A stretch of 64,000 nucleotides of DNA from Vicugna vicugna (lineage: Eukaryota), in assembly GCA_013265495.1 (NCBI GenBank), contig MU058213.1, forward strand, positions 2,728,001 to 2,792,000. The letters run 5' to 3'. Numbering within the stretch: the stretch's first letter is position 1; every line of letters begins with the position of its first letter. Below, one piece after another: positions 1-13,264 of this stretch. The notes beneath the pieces are model-generated. The model ran no database searches. It saw only the letters and a program-made list of their open reading frames with translations, and had not been told where the DNA came from. A program made the translations under genes and the position numbers.

Positions 1-54
1 TTTAAGTTTTCATAGAAAAAAAAACCCAGAACCTCATTTTAAAAATAACTAATA

Positions 55-860
55 AAATGAAACAGAGTATTTACAACCCATATCAAAGACAAAGGGTTAA
101 TATTCCTAATATGTAAAGAACTCCAAAAAATTGAGAAAGAAATAAAAATCCAGTAGGAAAATGGACAAAAGACATGACAAGACCATCTGCAATAAAAGGA
201 AATAAAAATGGACCTTGAAGGATCTCCCAAAGGCCAAAGTGGAGGCAAGTTGGGTTACAAAAGAGGTGATGATAGTAATGAATTACAACCCACAGAATGA
301 AATAAATATCCTTAAGTTCATCCTGATACAAATAACTAATTGAATAAACAGATAAATAACTAGACATAGATTTCAAAAACTGCTCTTCCTCACAATAGAA
401 TTCCAAATGATTAATGTAGAAATAATGAGGGAATTAGAAAATCTCTAATGGGACAACCACCACAGAAATAACTGCGGCAGGCAAGTCTCATCTATTCGTG
501 CTAACTCAAGTGTGTCAGTGTCACGAAAGAGGAAGACAGACTGAGGAACTGTCACAGACTGGAGGAGACTAAGGGGACACGACAACTAGATCAAATGTGG
601 GATCCTGGATAACTTCCTGGACCAGGAAAAGTACTCGAGCAAAAAAAGTTCACAAAATTGGACTGAGGTCTTAAAGTCACAAATAGGACTAAGTCAATGT
701 TAATACCCTGAACTGGGTCATTGTGCCATGTACTTTGATGCCAACCTTAAGGGAAATGATATAAATGGTATACAGGAAACTCTACTCTTCCTGCACCTTT
801 CTGTAAGTCGAAATTTATTTCAGAGTAATACGTTAATAAATATAATTGTCTCAAGAAAAA
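55..860 (+). mobile_element. Old LINE-1 fragment: ORF2 3' part plus L1MC-like 3'UTR
   Basis: L1 ORF2-end motifs (aaagggttaatattcctaatatgtaaagaactcc...aaaatggacaaaagacatga) followed by L1MC-type 3'UTR motifs (aaatgtgggatcctggat, ctgtaagtcgaaattt). Confidence 0.6.
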
Positions 861-1339
861 TAGAGTAAAAATGTATTTTGAAGTTTACCACATAATGCAT
901 GAGTAAAATTTAGGGACAAAAAACAAAGGATGGGAAGGAAGAAAGAGACATGTACTTGAATGGTTCTTAAACTATATGTGAAGTGGTAGATGACTTGAAG
1001 TGACACTGAAAAACTAGTGATAGTGATATATTAATAAATATACACACATATACATCAGCATACCTCTACCATATGTATATACAGCAAACCCTAGATGAAA
1101 CACCAAAAATTAAAAAGGTACCAGTAATTAGAAAATCCTAAGAGAAAAAGCAGAGAATACCATATTTATTCACAGATTATATGATCACCAACAAAGGGAA
1201 GACAAAAGAATTTGTAAGAAAATTATTCCAAATATTAAGAAAGCTTAGCAACTTTATTAATATCAGATCAATATAAAAATATATTTCTGAATACTATCAA
1301 AGAACTTTTTTTCAAAAAGATGGTTTTTAAGGAAAGATA

Positions 1340-2420
1340 CGGAGTTTCAATTCTGTAAATGGCAGTCTCAGTCACTGGACCAAATATCTTGTTGAAGGTA
1401 ATCAGAAACCTGGAGATATGTATTATAAAAATGAAGTTTAATGGTATTAAAAAGCTACCAAGGCAATGAGGAATGGTGGAGCCCAGACCTGGGAGAGCAG
1501 GTCATCACAGAGAGGTAAGCCCTACATTTGCAGCAACTTTTCTTGTCAAGGTTATTGTTGATTTGCAACATCAGCCTGGAGGCTAACAGCGGAGCATGTG
1601 GAATCACTAGACTGTGAATAAAGACTGGAGTTCAAGGTCCAATAAGACGAACAAGCCCTGGTAAATCCCCAAGGGCTACACCTTAGTGTAGTAAGGCTGA
1701 AGTGGAAATGTGTCTGCCTTCATGGACCACAGTCATCTCATCCCCCCGATATGACACTCCACGACCAGCTGCCTCCAAGAAACAAAAGTGACTCTGTATT
1801 ACAATATGACCATCCAGAACTTCAGATTGAGTTGGTAATTTTTCCTAAACAATGTTCAGCACATAGAAGAAAATAACAATGCCTAGGAAATACACGAGGT
1901 AATCTAAAACAAAGAGAAAAAAAAAACAGGCTAAAGGGAAATAAGGCAATGGTGTTATTACAATTCAAATTTTAAAATAACAAGAAATAATATGATGAAA
2001 TGAAGAATTTCTTATAGAAAAAGAATTAGGAAAAGGAATCAAAGAGGAATTCTGTAAATAAAAACGCAACATAAAAAAAGCTAAATTACTTGGGCATTGC
2101 TGAAGAGACAAATGTTGAACGGATTACAATGAGAAGAAAATATTTAGATTACAGTTGAGAGACCACAGAATGCCAAATGTAGAATATAAGATACATATTA
2201 AATATATCTTAAAAATTCCAACACTTTATATTAGAATCACAGAAGGAGAGAAGAGATGAGAGAAAATTGTATTTGGAGAGACATTAGCTAAGATTTTCCA
2301 GAAACTGATGAAAAGCAGCAAGTCACAGATTCAACAGGCACTAAGAACCCCAATAAGGATAGATAGACAGAAATCTACATCATAGTAAAACTGTAGAAAA
2401 TCAAGGACAGATTTTTCAGA
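1340..2420 (+). mobile_element. Old LINE-1 (L1M/L1ME-like) 5' region and ORF1 remnant
   Basis: Decayed ORF1 motifs at 2230-2420 (atcacagaaggagag...gctaagattttccagaaactgatgaaa...cagattcaa...catagtaaaactg). Confidence 0.55.
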
Positions 2421-2424
2421 GGAT

Positions 2425-2605
2425 TCTAACTGTTGGCTAAGGATGGAGAAATGGGGCACAGGGGTACATTTTGGGGATGATGGAATCTGTTCCATATCTT
2501 GACTGTGGTGATGGTTACCAGATGTACACATTTGTCAGAATTTTTTTAAATGTACACTTAAAATACGGAATTTCATTATAATAATGTCTATTTTTAAAAA
2601 TAAAA
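2425..2605 (+). mobile_element. LINE-1 3' end (L1MB/L1ME-like)
   Basis: Typical terminal motifs tatcttgactgtggtgatggttac...tgtacacttaaaata followed by an A-rich tail. Confidence 0.6.
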
Positions 2606-2609
2606 AGGA

Positions 2610-3730
2610 TAGTGGAGTCAGCTAGAATGGATGCCCACTGGCCAAATCTACAATAGTTTCAGCACCAAAATAAATAATAATAATGGATTACAAAATGTTG
2701 ATAAAATGGGAATCTCTAAGTCCACACTTGTACATGAATGAATAAGTAATTGAAATGAGAGGAGTCTCTCCCTTACAGTGGAATATGAACTAAAAATGTA
2801 AAGAGGGAATGACAGCAATAGAAAATCACTAGAAACAGTATAGCGATAGCTAATTCAGTCAGGAATCGTCAATAACTGCTATGGCTGCTGGGTGGATTTT
2901 GATAAGGAACCAGATATTGTGGTGCAATCCCCGAGTACTTCCCCACCAAATACCTACAAATTGAAAGGGAAAATGGTGACATCACTGTGAAGAGGGAATG
3001 GCAGACATCAATATGGCCAGGTAATCAAGATTAACATCACCAGTGTTGAGCTGGGTATCTCTCCTGACTTGATGCACTTGAGAATACCACAGCATGACCT
3101 TATTATCTTCCTACCAAGAATGAATGTCCTGAGAGTGGTCATGAAGAAACAATGAAGAAACCTAGGCTGAAGGACATCTACAGACTGAGAGGCCTGCGTT
3201 CCATAAAATTCATGAGTCATGAAAGACTAAGAAAAAACAGGGAACTATTCAAAGGAGATTTAAGAAAGCTCACAACAAAAATCACTGCATGATACTGGAT
3301 TGGATCAAGGATCAGACCAAAAAAGACACCTAGCTGGGACAGCTGGTGTGGTGTAAAGGGGTCTGTGAGTCAGGTGGTGGTGGTGCCTAATAATGATTTT
3401 CTTGTTGGGTAACTGTGTTGTGCTTTTGAGAAAGAGTAGGGGAAATCGAGAATGGACTCTTGGGGAGTCATGGCACTATGCCTGCAGTTTCCTCTCAGTG
3501 GTTCAAAAATTAATGATAATTAGCATAAAATATGCATTATATACATGTACAAATACATGATAGAGAGAGAAGCAGGAAGGGAGAGAAAGCATATGTGATC
3601 AAGTAACAATTGGGGCATTTGTGTGAAGAGAATGTGGGAATACAGGAGGTTTTCTGTTTTGTTTTTCTTTTACTATAATTGAAACTTTAATGCAAGTTTG
3701 AAAAAATTTAGATATAAATTACTTTAAAAA
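2610..3730 (+). mobile_element. L1MC-like 3'UTR
   Basis: Motifs caggtaatcaagattaacatcaccagtg and gcatgatactggattggatc, shared with the 3'UTR at 500-860. Confidence 0.6.
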
Positions 3731-4004
3731 GTAATGAGGAGTATCTCTATATACAGGTGATTTTCAGGATATATTTAAGTGAAAAATAAGGTGTAAGAAT
3801 GGTGTGCCTTATTGTTAGTAATAATATTGTTGTTTTGTAATTATTATATGCACAATGTAGAAAAAGGAAAATTATTATGCTAACACTGGTAGGAACTAAG
3901 ATATTCAGTTTAAAGAGAGAAAAAATAAACACTTTAATTAAGTAAAAAACCTGCATTTTTAATGCTGAAATATAAATATCAGTATTAACTCAATTTCTTT
4001 CTTA

Positions 4005-4495
4005 AAAAATGTATTTTCTAGCTCTGCCCATTGAAATAGCCTGGAAATAATGAAAACCTAGCAGCAATGAACATCAAAATTGCCCAAATTATGGTCTCTC
4101 TAAGTCATTTCACTAGAACCAAAAGTCCTTGCAGAAACAGCTAATTCCAGGTCTTAGGAAATATACAAAATAAACCTGGTGCATATTTTTATGTAAGAAA
4201 CGAAAAATGTCAAAGAGTGTTCAATGGGCTAGTGTCAAAAAGACACTAAGGCCATCTTGAAGACACACAGTGGCTAAAAGTAGAAAAATAAAGCATCAAA
4301 AAGAGTAATGACTACAATTGGTTGAAAGAGCAAAAAATTTGTTAAAATGTATGAATTGATAGTGACATTTAAAAAACAAACTATTAGTCCCCTTCGGAGG
4401 TTGCTGGGATGTCAACTATTAATCTGAAAGCTAGAAAATCAAAGGAAAGAATCAAACGTTAATCCTGCCTCTCCGTATGAACTGTATTTCAGATT
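4005..4495 (+). mobile_element. L1MC-like 3'UTR fragment
   Basis: tgtattttctagctctgcccattgaaatagcctgg...gcagcaatgaacatc resembles the long L1MC 3'UTR. Confidence 0.5.
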
Positions 4496-4514
4496 TTAAA
4501 AAACTGTTCTTCCA

Positions 4515-4640
4515 CTAATACTTCCTCTGACCCGTGTGAGCGTCTGAGCCTTGTTACCCATCTCCAGATGAAGATAATACCGCCCGCCTCACAGTGATGT
4601 TAAGAGCATTAAAACAGAAAACATATATAAAGCTTCCAGT
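4515..4640 (+). mobile_element. MIR SINE
   Basis: MIR core-like sequence tctgagccttgttacccatctccagatgaagataataccgcccgcctcacagtgatgttaagagcattaaa. Confidence 0.55.
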
Positions 4641-4729
4641 TCAGGGAGTTATTATCTTCTCTGCAAAGAGATTGTTGTACTCCTTAAGGACAATTAACCT
4701 TCAATGTACTTCTTCTGTATTCTCCAGTT

Positions 4730-4852
4730 CATCAGTTGATCATTAAACTTACCTACTCAAGGGTCTACTAAATATCAAGAGCTGCGTTAGAGCTGACGTA
4801 TGAAGGAGATTAAGACGCCCTCCCTGACCTCAAAGAACTTTTAATCCAGTGA
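4730..4852 (-). mobile_element. L2 3' end fragment
   Basis: Degenerate reverse-complement L2 terminus (ctccctgacctcaaagaacttttaatccagtga). Confidence 0.45.
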
Positions 4853-5802
4853 AACAACCACCCAAGAGATAGCTGCAACTCATTAAATCCTTGTTGAATT
4901 AAACAGCAATTTTCAGACTGGTTTAGACATCAAGAGTCTGTCTTATGGTTCCTTATTCATGCTTCTTATCCTATAAAAAGAAAAGAGGGAGACAGCAGAG
5001 GTCTTGGTACCAAATTACCAGAGAGATAATAAAAGGAAAGCTCAATTAACAATAACTATAACAAATCTACAAAAAAAAGAAAAGGACTTAATATTATCTA
5101 GATTTACAGGTAACAGTGTTTGGAGGGTATGTCTGTATTTCCATCTTAGCCAGCCTGCCAAGCAAACAGACACCATTAAGCTATGCAGGTCACATTAATG
5201 GTATAGGACAAATGGGGTAAGTGACGATTAATGAAGACAAATAGCATTTAGAATGGCACGATCCAATTCCAGGAAAGCCACTCTACAGATGACAGCTGAA
5301 ATTCACTCACAGCCCAAAACTACACATAACAGCAATTCATCATACCCGTGAAATGAGATGAGAATCAATGACCCCGGGTGTGCACGTGCCTGCTGGGAAT
5401 CTCCTACAAGCAGGTGGCAAGCTAGATGCAAAAACCTATTCCATGCTGGGTAGAAAGGTTTCTATTGGAAAATACATTAAAAAAATTTATATATATATAT
5501 ATCTCAACAAGGCTAGTACCTCTGAGAAATCCTGAGTAACCAGTGACAGAAATGATTCCTCAGTTTAGAGTCATCTGTAATAACCAGCTGTGGATTCATT
5601 TTTAATTACACACTTTGTATACCAAATAAATGCTAGGAAGAAAGCAGAATAAAAGAAAGCAAAAACAGTAAATGGATAAACTTGCAAAACAATTTTAAAG
5701 ATGCTGAAAACTCTTCACTGGGCTCTCAACTGCTGGAGGGTGTGTGCAGTGAAATCATTAGACTTGTCTATGGTGCAAAACTGACTTAATAATTTCTTAG
5801 AC

Positions 5803-6036
5803 CAGTGCTTCCCAGTATTTTTCACACCATACCAGACACAGAAAATGGGACGTTTATACAGCACCAGACTGCAACAGGCAACTGTGGAAGTTGTCTACAT
5901 CCTGCTCAGATGACCCAAGAACTCCAGAGATGAAGGTCCAGATGCCCCGTAATGCCTTCACTTGTGCTGCTGCCTACTATTCCTAGGCTAAGGGTTTCCA
6001 ATAGTGTGGCCGCCTTACGGGTTGAGACACAGACTG
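5803..6036. mobile_element. hAT-Charlie MITE (MER112-like)
   Basis: Starts cagtgcttccc...tttttcacaccataccagacacagaaaatg and ends ...gtgtggccgcc...gggttgagacacagactg, resembling MER112 termini. Confidence 0.55.
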
Positions 6037-6212
6037 GCGGATCCTGGTTAGGCAGATCTCATCCCAGAGAAGCTCCACTTTCTCTTTTGTTAAGGAAAAA
6101 ATTCCACTAAAAAAAAAAAGTTATTTTGAAAATGACTTCTTTGGTTCCCCCCCAAAATGAAACTGAATTTAAAATAAAAGCAGACAAGCCAGCACTAGAT
6201 AGCTCTTTACAG

Positions 6213-6392
6213 CAATGTTTTTCAACCCTGTCTGTACAGTAGAGTTGCTGAGGGAGGTTTTAAAAACACAGAGACCCAGACTGGGCCCTACCCTCAGTGA
6301 TTCTGGATCATTCATGGTGTTTCACAGGCATTTAATATTGCTTAAAACCTCCCTAGATGAGTCTCATGTTTAGCCAGGTTTGAGAAACACTG
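6213..6392. mobile_element. MER5-family hAT MITE (MER5B-like)
   Basis: TIR-like ends caatgtttttcaaccc / ggtttgagaaacactg; ~180 bp with MER5 internal motifs. Confidence 0.7.
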
Positions 6393-7081
6393 AATTAGAG
6401 GCATCTATTGGCCAGGAAGAAAAAGTCCTGTAAGAGGAGTTATCTGAGACCCAGATATGTTTGCCAGTTTTATTTGCCAGTTGCAAGTAACTTGTGTGAG
6501 TCCTAACTGTCTTATTTGTAAGACAGTAACACCTGTAGGTTGTGAGTTTTCTAAACCAAGAAGTTTTACCTGGGATAAAGACAAAATGACCAATGACAAG
6601 AGGGAGACTTGGAGGCTACTGTGTGGAAAGAGTCTTATGACTTTTCTTTCATAAGGAGTTTTAAAAAAACTGAGCACAAGAAAAATCATAAATTGGTGTA
6701 AACTGGATATGCTGTTTTGTATCTGTTCCTTCCCCACATCCTCAGACCTCTGTTAATGAAAGGCAAGGGATCAGGGCCACTTAAAAAAGGAAAGTAAGAG
6801 ACAAGACAGTACAAACCCAGAAATCTTAAAAAGGAAAGACGGGGAAAAAAACAGAAGTCAAGGGAGGCAGGAGAGAGAAAACCTGAAGCAAAGATTTGGC
6901 TGTTTTGTTTTCTAGAATCCCAGAATTTCTGGTGTAAAAGATAACACAAGAAATAAAGATAAAGAACATCTGCAAAACTTGTGAAGGAGGAGAAAAATTA
7001 GCTGTGACACTAGGTACAAGAAATTATTTGGTCATTGTTATTTTTAATTGGACATCACCCAAGGCTCTCATTTGCTGAAAC

Positions 7082-7335
7082 AATAATAGTGACCATGTAA
7101 TGAACACTTCCAATGGGCCAGATATGGTGTAAGGTATTTTGCACACATTATCTTTAATGTGTATGCATTTACAGTCAACCTTTGTATATACAATTGCCAA
7201 TTTTTATTATTTAAATAAAAAGATATTGTTTGCATTTTACAAAAGAAGAAATTGGAGCTTATGGAAACTAGGTATCAAGACCTTATTACCAGAATCCGGG
7301 ATAAAGCTGTTTGAGTTACACTGTTTGCCTCCAAT
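7082..7335 (-). mobile_element. MIR SINE
   Basis: aataatagtgaccatgtaatgaacacttcc...ttttacaaaagaagaaattggagct matches reverse MIR. Confidence 0.5.
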
Positions 7336-8144
7336 GTCTAGTATCTTTCCATGCACTTAAAAATGCTTAGGAATTAAAGCATCTGACACAGCATGGGATG
7401 AGTGGTAAACACACATAAAATTTGGGGAAGTCAAACAATAGGAAGAGAAAGAAAATCCACTTTTTTCATTCTCTTTAAAATAAAAATCTTGTTGTAAGAG
7501 CAATAAAAACATTATTGTTTAAGAAAAAACTAAGTTAAATTTTCAGATTTGGATCCAGAAATACAAAGACGGACTAAAATTATGACAAGGGATGGAGAGA
7601 TTAACTAAGCCGATGCTTTTCACTTAGGGTCACATAAGGTTTAGAGAAACCATCTCTTATAGGTCTAGAAATAAATGGAATATAATATGTAGTAAATTTT
7701 TAAAATCACAGCTGTTTTTGAAACAAGTTCACCACTGATCTTATTGGAGGAATGGAGAAAATCTTGTGTAATTTGTGTTTTAGAAAACTACTAACCTGTT
7801 CAAGTTGCCAAAGACCACAAAACGATAGATAGACAGGCAGGCACACGTGTTCAAGGCTTAGAACACAGGAAAGAAGAGGAAAGAACCAGCAGAGCAGGAA
7901 AATGTGCCCCAATCAACCGAGGATAGTCTTCCATAAGGGAAGAGAATCTCAGGAGGGGAATTCAGAAAGAGGTAGGAGAAAGTTGAAATGATGATGGGTT
8001 TATGGTACTGAGATGGGAGAAAGAGAGAAGAGAGGTGATCGCCTAGGAAGATGACCACCTGACAAAGAAAAAGAGAATCCAGATTTCAAAGGAAAAGATA
8101 AACCAATCCTCCCTTTAGGAAAAAACAAAGTCAATTAGCAGAAT

Positions 8145-8290
8145 GAGGGAACCTTTTCAGAGTGACAGAAATGTTCCTTTTATCACGATCGTTGTGGCTA
8201 TATAATTATCTGTCACACATCAAATTTTCCACTTAAAATGAGAAAATTATAGTATCTGTAAATTATACCTCTAGAAAGCTGACTTTAAAA
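8145..8290 (+). mobile_element. LINE-1 3' end (L1MB-like)
   Basis: gtgacagaaatgttc...cacttaaaatg...tgtaaattatacctc terminal motifs. Confidence 0.55.
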
Positions 8291-9215
8291 TCAACTAGGA
8301 ATGAAAGAAAGTGGGTGCCAAGTATTCTGAGAGAGGAGAACCCTGAAAGCATAAGAACAGGCCACTGCAGCTGTGCTGCGCGGTTCACCAGGAAGGACGG
8401 CTTCCAGGAAAAAATCCAGAAACAAAAGATGAGGCAGCACATTCTCATTCAAGAAGAGAGGATTTGGAGAAAACCTGGAAGGACTAAAAACCATCACAAA
8501 TGGGACAAAGAAACAGGCAAAGTGATCCTCTTCTCTACCCAAAAATGTCATGTTATCCTAATACACAGGCAGGTTCACATACCAACTGACAAACACCCCG
8601 GGCCCTGGGGAGCACTTCCCACTGCTGCCCACAGAAAGTCAGGCTATGGTGGTAGTTTTTTTATTTTTCACACCCAGTGGATTGTCAACAAATTAACAAC
8701 AAATAAAGGATACCAAGGTTCGAAGTTTATTATGTGTCTAATTCCTCCACCACAAAAAAAGAAAAGAAAAATGACTCAAGGATTTAACAGGTTCTTATCT
8801 GGTACAAGAAATACTGTAGCTGGTGGAGGGGAGAGAGTTCAAAAAGAGAGAACAGAAGTAGCCATATGGGGATCCAAAAAATACAAATATTTGTATCAAT
8901 TCAAAGAAACAAAATATATTTATTCACAAACAAAGTGACCCTGTAATACTGAGAATAAGCATGGGTGGTTGAAAAATTGATAGTGAGGAAAGTACTGCTT
9001 TTCTGAGCACGCAGTGCCGATGATTCCACCGCCTCCTAAAATGAGACATTTTTACAAAGAGATATAACACATAGAGTGAACAAATTTCTCTGACTTGAGA
9101 AAAATTTAAACCATGAAGAACAAAAATTCAAGGAAAACTAAAGGAGAAAACCCAAAGGCTTTATGATAAGGTGCAAAATAGATATTACAAGTCTCTACCT
9201 ACTTAAGAGATTACA

Positions 9216-9425
9216 TTGGGAGTTTGGGATTTGCAGATACTAACTACTGTACACAAAACAGATAAACTACAAGGTCCTACTGTAGAGCACAGGGAACTAT
9301 ATTCAATACCTTGTAATGGCCCATAATGGAAAAGAATATGAAAAGGAATATATATATGTATAAGCGAATCACTATGCTGTGCACTAGAAATTAACATAAC
9401 ATTGTAAACTGACTCCAATAAAAAA
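9216..9425 (+). mobile_element. Young artiodactyl/camelid-type L1 3' end, 5'-truncated
   Basis: gggatttgcagatactaactac...agcacagggaactatattcaat...acattgtaaactgact plus poly(A); TSD aagagattaca (9205-9215) / aagagattgca (9424-9434). Confidence 0.85.
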
Positions 9426-11031
9426 GAGATTGCACATACAGAATAAACAAAAGTGGAAAATTAGTGAAGTTAGGTGCAGACCATTCTTAATAGAGTAAAG
9501 GTGATTAAAGAAGAAAGAATTGGACAAAAATACCTTATTTACCTAAACTTTACAATGACAAAGAGAGGGGTAAGTTCCATAAAGGGGTAGAAAAAAGCTG
9601 ATTGTTTGAACTTGAGAAAAAAAATCACAGAACATGACAGACAAGGGAAGCGTGAAGATAATGCCTAAAAGCTATCACTCTAATACATGGTTTCCTACTC
9701 AAGATCTTCCAAAATAACCTCCACCTAAAAGGTGGATGGTATCTTTATGTAACAGGACAGCATCTCTATACATCCCTAGGTTGAATAAAGAAAAAAATTA
9801 AAGTGAGAATGAACAGTAGCTTCTTGAAGTTGTGCAAGTCCATGGAATGGCAAAAGTATTTCATAGAAAATGTTTATCAAAATTGAGAAGAGTATAAATA
9901 TGCATAATAAATAGGAGTGTCTGGACACCACCAGTCCAAGCATGCCTTGTGCATTGGCTGTTTCTCTCTAGAAATAGCTGAAAGATGTCCAGAATCTGTC
10001 AGAGAGGGGGGATAGAAGGGCAAAAATCAAAACTACCAATAAAAGGATGAAAAAGAAATGCAATTGAATTATAGGAACAAAATTGGTGGATGAGCTAAAA
10101 AAGATTATTTGCTGTCTTTTGCAGTGGAAAAGAAATGGAAATAAGTGAAGTAGAAAGGGAAATAGATTTGTGGGGAATTTACCAGCTGATGGAAATGACA
10201 TTACAATCCTGGTGCCCCTTTTGTTCTTGTCCACTGGTTGTGGACAGCTCTACCCACAGAGTTCCTTCTCACCCTATGGAAAACCAGGTTCTTTGGAAAA
10301 GCTGAAAAGTGTGGAAGGTGAGTCATGAATCTGTGACCAGACAAAGGCAGGCTGAGCAAACTTAGTGCCGAGGAGTTCAGGGTTTCTGCACTAAATAAAG
10401 AACAGGATAAAGAATGCAGATTTTTTGCTCCAGATTCTACTTGCCAGTTTTGAAAGATGAGTAGAAAGGTTTTTTCACTAAAGAGGAAAGATTTTTCACA
10501 TGGAAACAAGGAAACACAAAAATGGAAAAGATGATGTGGTTTAGAAGACAGTCTGAGGATTTAGAGATGGCAACGGAGCAGACAAAGAAATCTCAAAGGA
10601 GGTTTTCAACATGAGATTGTCAATTTGTAAAATAGTGATAGAATGTTCTTAGGAACTAAAGGAAATTTAAGTAGTGGTTCGAAGCAGGAATATCACCTGG
10701 AGTCTATTGCTTTGAAAATTCAAGTTCCAACTAGAACAGAGTTTTGAGTTGCAGAGACTGAAAGGGAGCATCTTCAAGACAACGCTCTGATAAAGCAGAG
10801 TCCCACAGCGCTAATCTACTCCGAAGGCACAGGAGTAGAGGGTGAATCCACTGAGACTACGAAGGGGAAAAAAGCACCCCATTCTCAGCACTAATAAAAT
10901 ACATATGAGGAGGTTTTAACTTTAGTCTCACTGATATTTATGATGTAACAACAATTAAATCCCATATATTGGAGAATTTCAAGAATTTCTCCCAATATCC
11001 AAAGGAGTTACACATATATATCTAATGCATT

Positions 11032-11617
11032 TGTGAAGGAGGCAGAGAAATAGGGAGGCGAAACTGAGACCTGCCTAGAGGCTTCTTTAAAGGTTTGAAA
11101 TTAAACTCTGGTTGGCCTTCGGTGATACTTTGGCTTGAGTAATGGAAAGAGCTACCTTGCAGAAACACAAAGCCCTGACGTGATCTGATTTCTATATCCG
11201 TACTGTTTAAGGAGCCCACTGGCTTGACGCGCTTGTTCAACCTAGTTTGACCACGTTGTTTGAAGAGCTCCAGTCCCCTGATCCTGTTTTTGCAGTGTTT
11301 GTTCCACAGAGCAGAACAAACTGGAAAGCAAACAGGAAAGGGGCAGCCAATGGAGAGGACAAGAAGAACCAAAGAAGACAGATAAAAGGACCCAGCTGAG
11401 ACCCCAAAAGCAGGCGTTCTACGTCAGGCCACCTGGGCTATGACTCCCCTACTTGAGTGTCTTTCCATTTGAGTGTCTTTTCCTCTTTTCCTCTTTTGAG
11501 CAATAAACAACTATCACTCCAACCTTTGTCTCCAGTGTGAATTCTTTCAGGGCCAGAAGACAAGAACCCACTCTTTGGGATTCTCCCACTTTTAGGGGGC
11601 TTCCCTGCCTTCTAACA
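11032..11617 (+). mobile_element. Solo LTR, probably ERV1 class
   Basis: TG...CA termini (tgtgaagg...tctaaca), CpG-retaining body, AATAAA near 11502, U5-like gaattctttc...gacaagaacc; TSD not clean. Confidence 0.7.
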
Positions 11618-12077
11618 TATGTAGACGTGTAGAGGACCGGTGTCAAGTTTTGGAGGATAAAAGAATAAACGGGTGAACACACGTGGTCAGGTGTCAGAAC
11701 ATCTAGCTTATCAAATTTCATTTTGTTCACTGTCGCATTCAGGGCCTAGATGAATATGCCACTCTGAGTAACTATTTATGTAATAAATGAATGAACAAAT
11801 AAACTTATCTTTTCTTGTGACAGACTTAGTAATGAAAAAATATGATTTTTTAACCTCTGCTCCAAAAATCACAATGCTAACAAGTTGACAATAGAAATGC
11901 AGAGGAATATGTAAAAGTTACCAGAGAGGAAATCATAAGGGTAAGAGACATGACCCAAAAGAGGAAGATAAAATAACTGAAGGGAAAACGCAGCATTTTG
12001 AGAGCACTGAGTTTACCAGAATCCAACAGGCAATGTTTTGATGAATAGTATAGGATGAGGGAATTACAAGGAGTCTG

Positions 12078-12318
12078 TGTGGGGTGGGGGTGGGGGGGAT
12101 AAATTGGGAGTTCTAGATTTGCAGATGCTAACTACTATATATAAAATAGATAAACAACAAGCTTATACTTATAGCACAGGGAACTATATTCAGTATCTTG
12201 TAGTAACCTATAATGAAAAAGAACATGGAAACAAATATATGTGTGTATATGTATGACTGAAACACTGTGCTGTACACCAGAAATTGACACATTGTAAACT
12301 GACTATACTTCAATAAAA
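12078..12318 (+). mobile_element. Young camelid-type L1 3' end
   Basis: G-rich tract, gataaattgggagttctagatttgcag...gacacattgtaaactgactatacttcaataaaa; same family as 23512-24510. Confidence 0.85.
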
Positions 12319-12434
12319 CTCTGCTAGCTTCAGAGTTTCTAGGATAAAAAAAAAAGTAAATAAAATTTAAAAACACATTTCTTAAATACCCACTATTTTT
12401 AGGGGTTAGTCATGGACATATACAATTTCTTTTT

Positions 12435-12950
12435 TTAACCTGGCCTTATAAACCTTATGAAATCTCGTTTCTGCATTTTCCCAAACCACCTTATTCCACC
12501 TGTCCTCTCCCCTACTGTGCAGCAGCCAAACTGGCTTTCCTGTTGTTCAAAAACACCAAGCTCATTCCACCTCAGGACCTCACATTTGCTGCTTCCCAAG
12601 CCGACAGCAATCGTCTCTTCTCCTTGACCTTCACAAGGCTGATCTTTCTTTCCTTTCATTCACTTTCAAGTCAAAAGTCACCTACTTAGATATGCTGATC
12701 ACGCAACGTCAACAGCTCCCACCCAACCCTCTTTCTTTATATTTCTGCCCTGCTTTTTCTCAAGGCAGTTACTACTACCTGAATTTAACATATTTTTTGT
12801 GTGTATAGAATCTGTCTCTTCCCAGTAGAATGCAAGCTTTGCAAGGGCAAGGCATTGCTTCTCTCCTGACCCCTGTGTTCCTAGCACCTTCAGTGGTGTC
12901 TGGTATAATGCCGATGCTCAAAAAGGGTTTGTTGAGTGAACAAGTATATT
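12435..12950 (+). mobile_element. L2 3' portion
   Basis: cagccaaactggctttcc...ccacctcaggacc...tagaatgcaagctttgcaagggcaagg...ttgttgagtgaa terminus. Confidence 0.75.
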
Positions 12951-13264
12951 TGAATATTCACAACAATAGTATGAAAATAATGTCATTTTTATTACATGAC
13001 AAAGTGATAAACTATTGTTCAAAGTGGTATTTAGTGATTTCCACCTTGTATTGTCTGGTTATCAGCACAAGCTTCTAGGTTCACTGTAACATCTAGTCTC
13101 ATTGCAAGCTCTGTCTCATATTTTTTAAATAATGAGGAAATAGGCTTCAGGTCTACAAAGTAGCCAAATTAAGACTGTTCATCCAGCTATTATTGCATAA
13201 ATATCTAGAGCCAAGAATATGAAAAAGTAGTTACATTCACTTCTTTCTAATACTAATGGGCTAT

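Noticed and set aside
6506..6527. 9-bp perfect hairpin actgtctta/taagacagt
   Set aside because: Too short for a pre-miRNA and plausible by chance in 64 kb.
8315..8938. Longest ORF in the track (207 aa, + strand)
   Set aside because: GTG start, lysine-rich from A-rich DNA, no recognisable domain and no splice support; probably chance.
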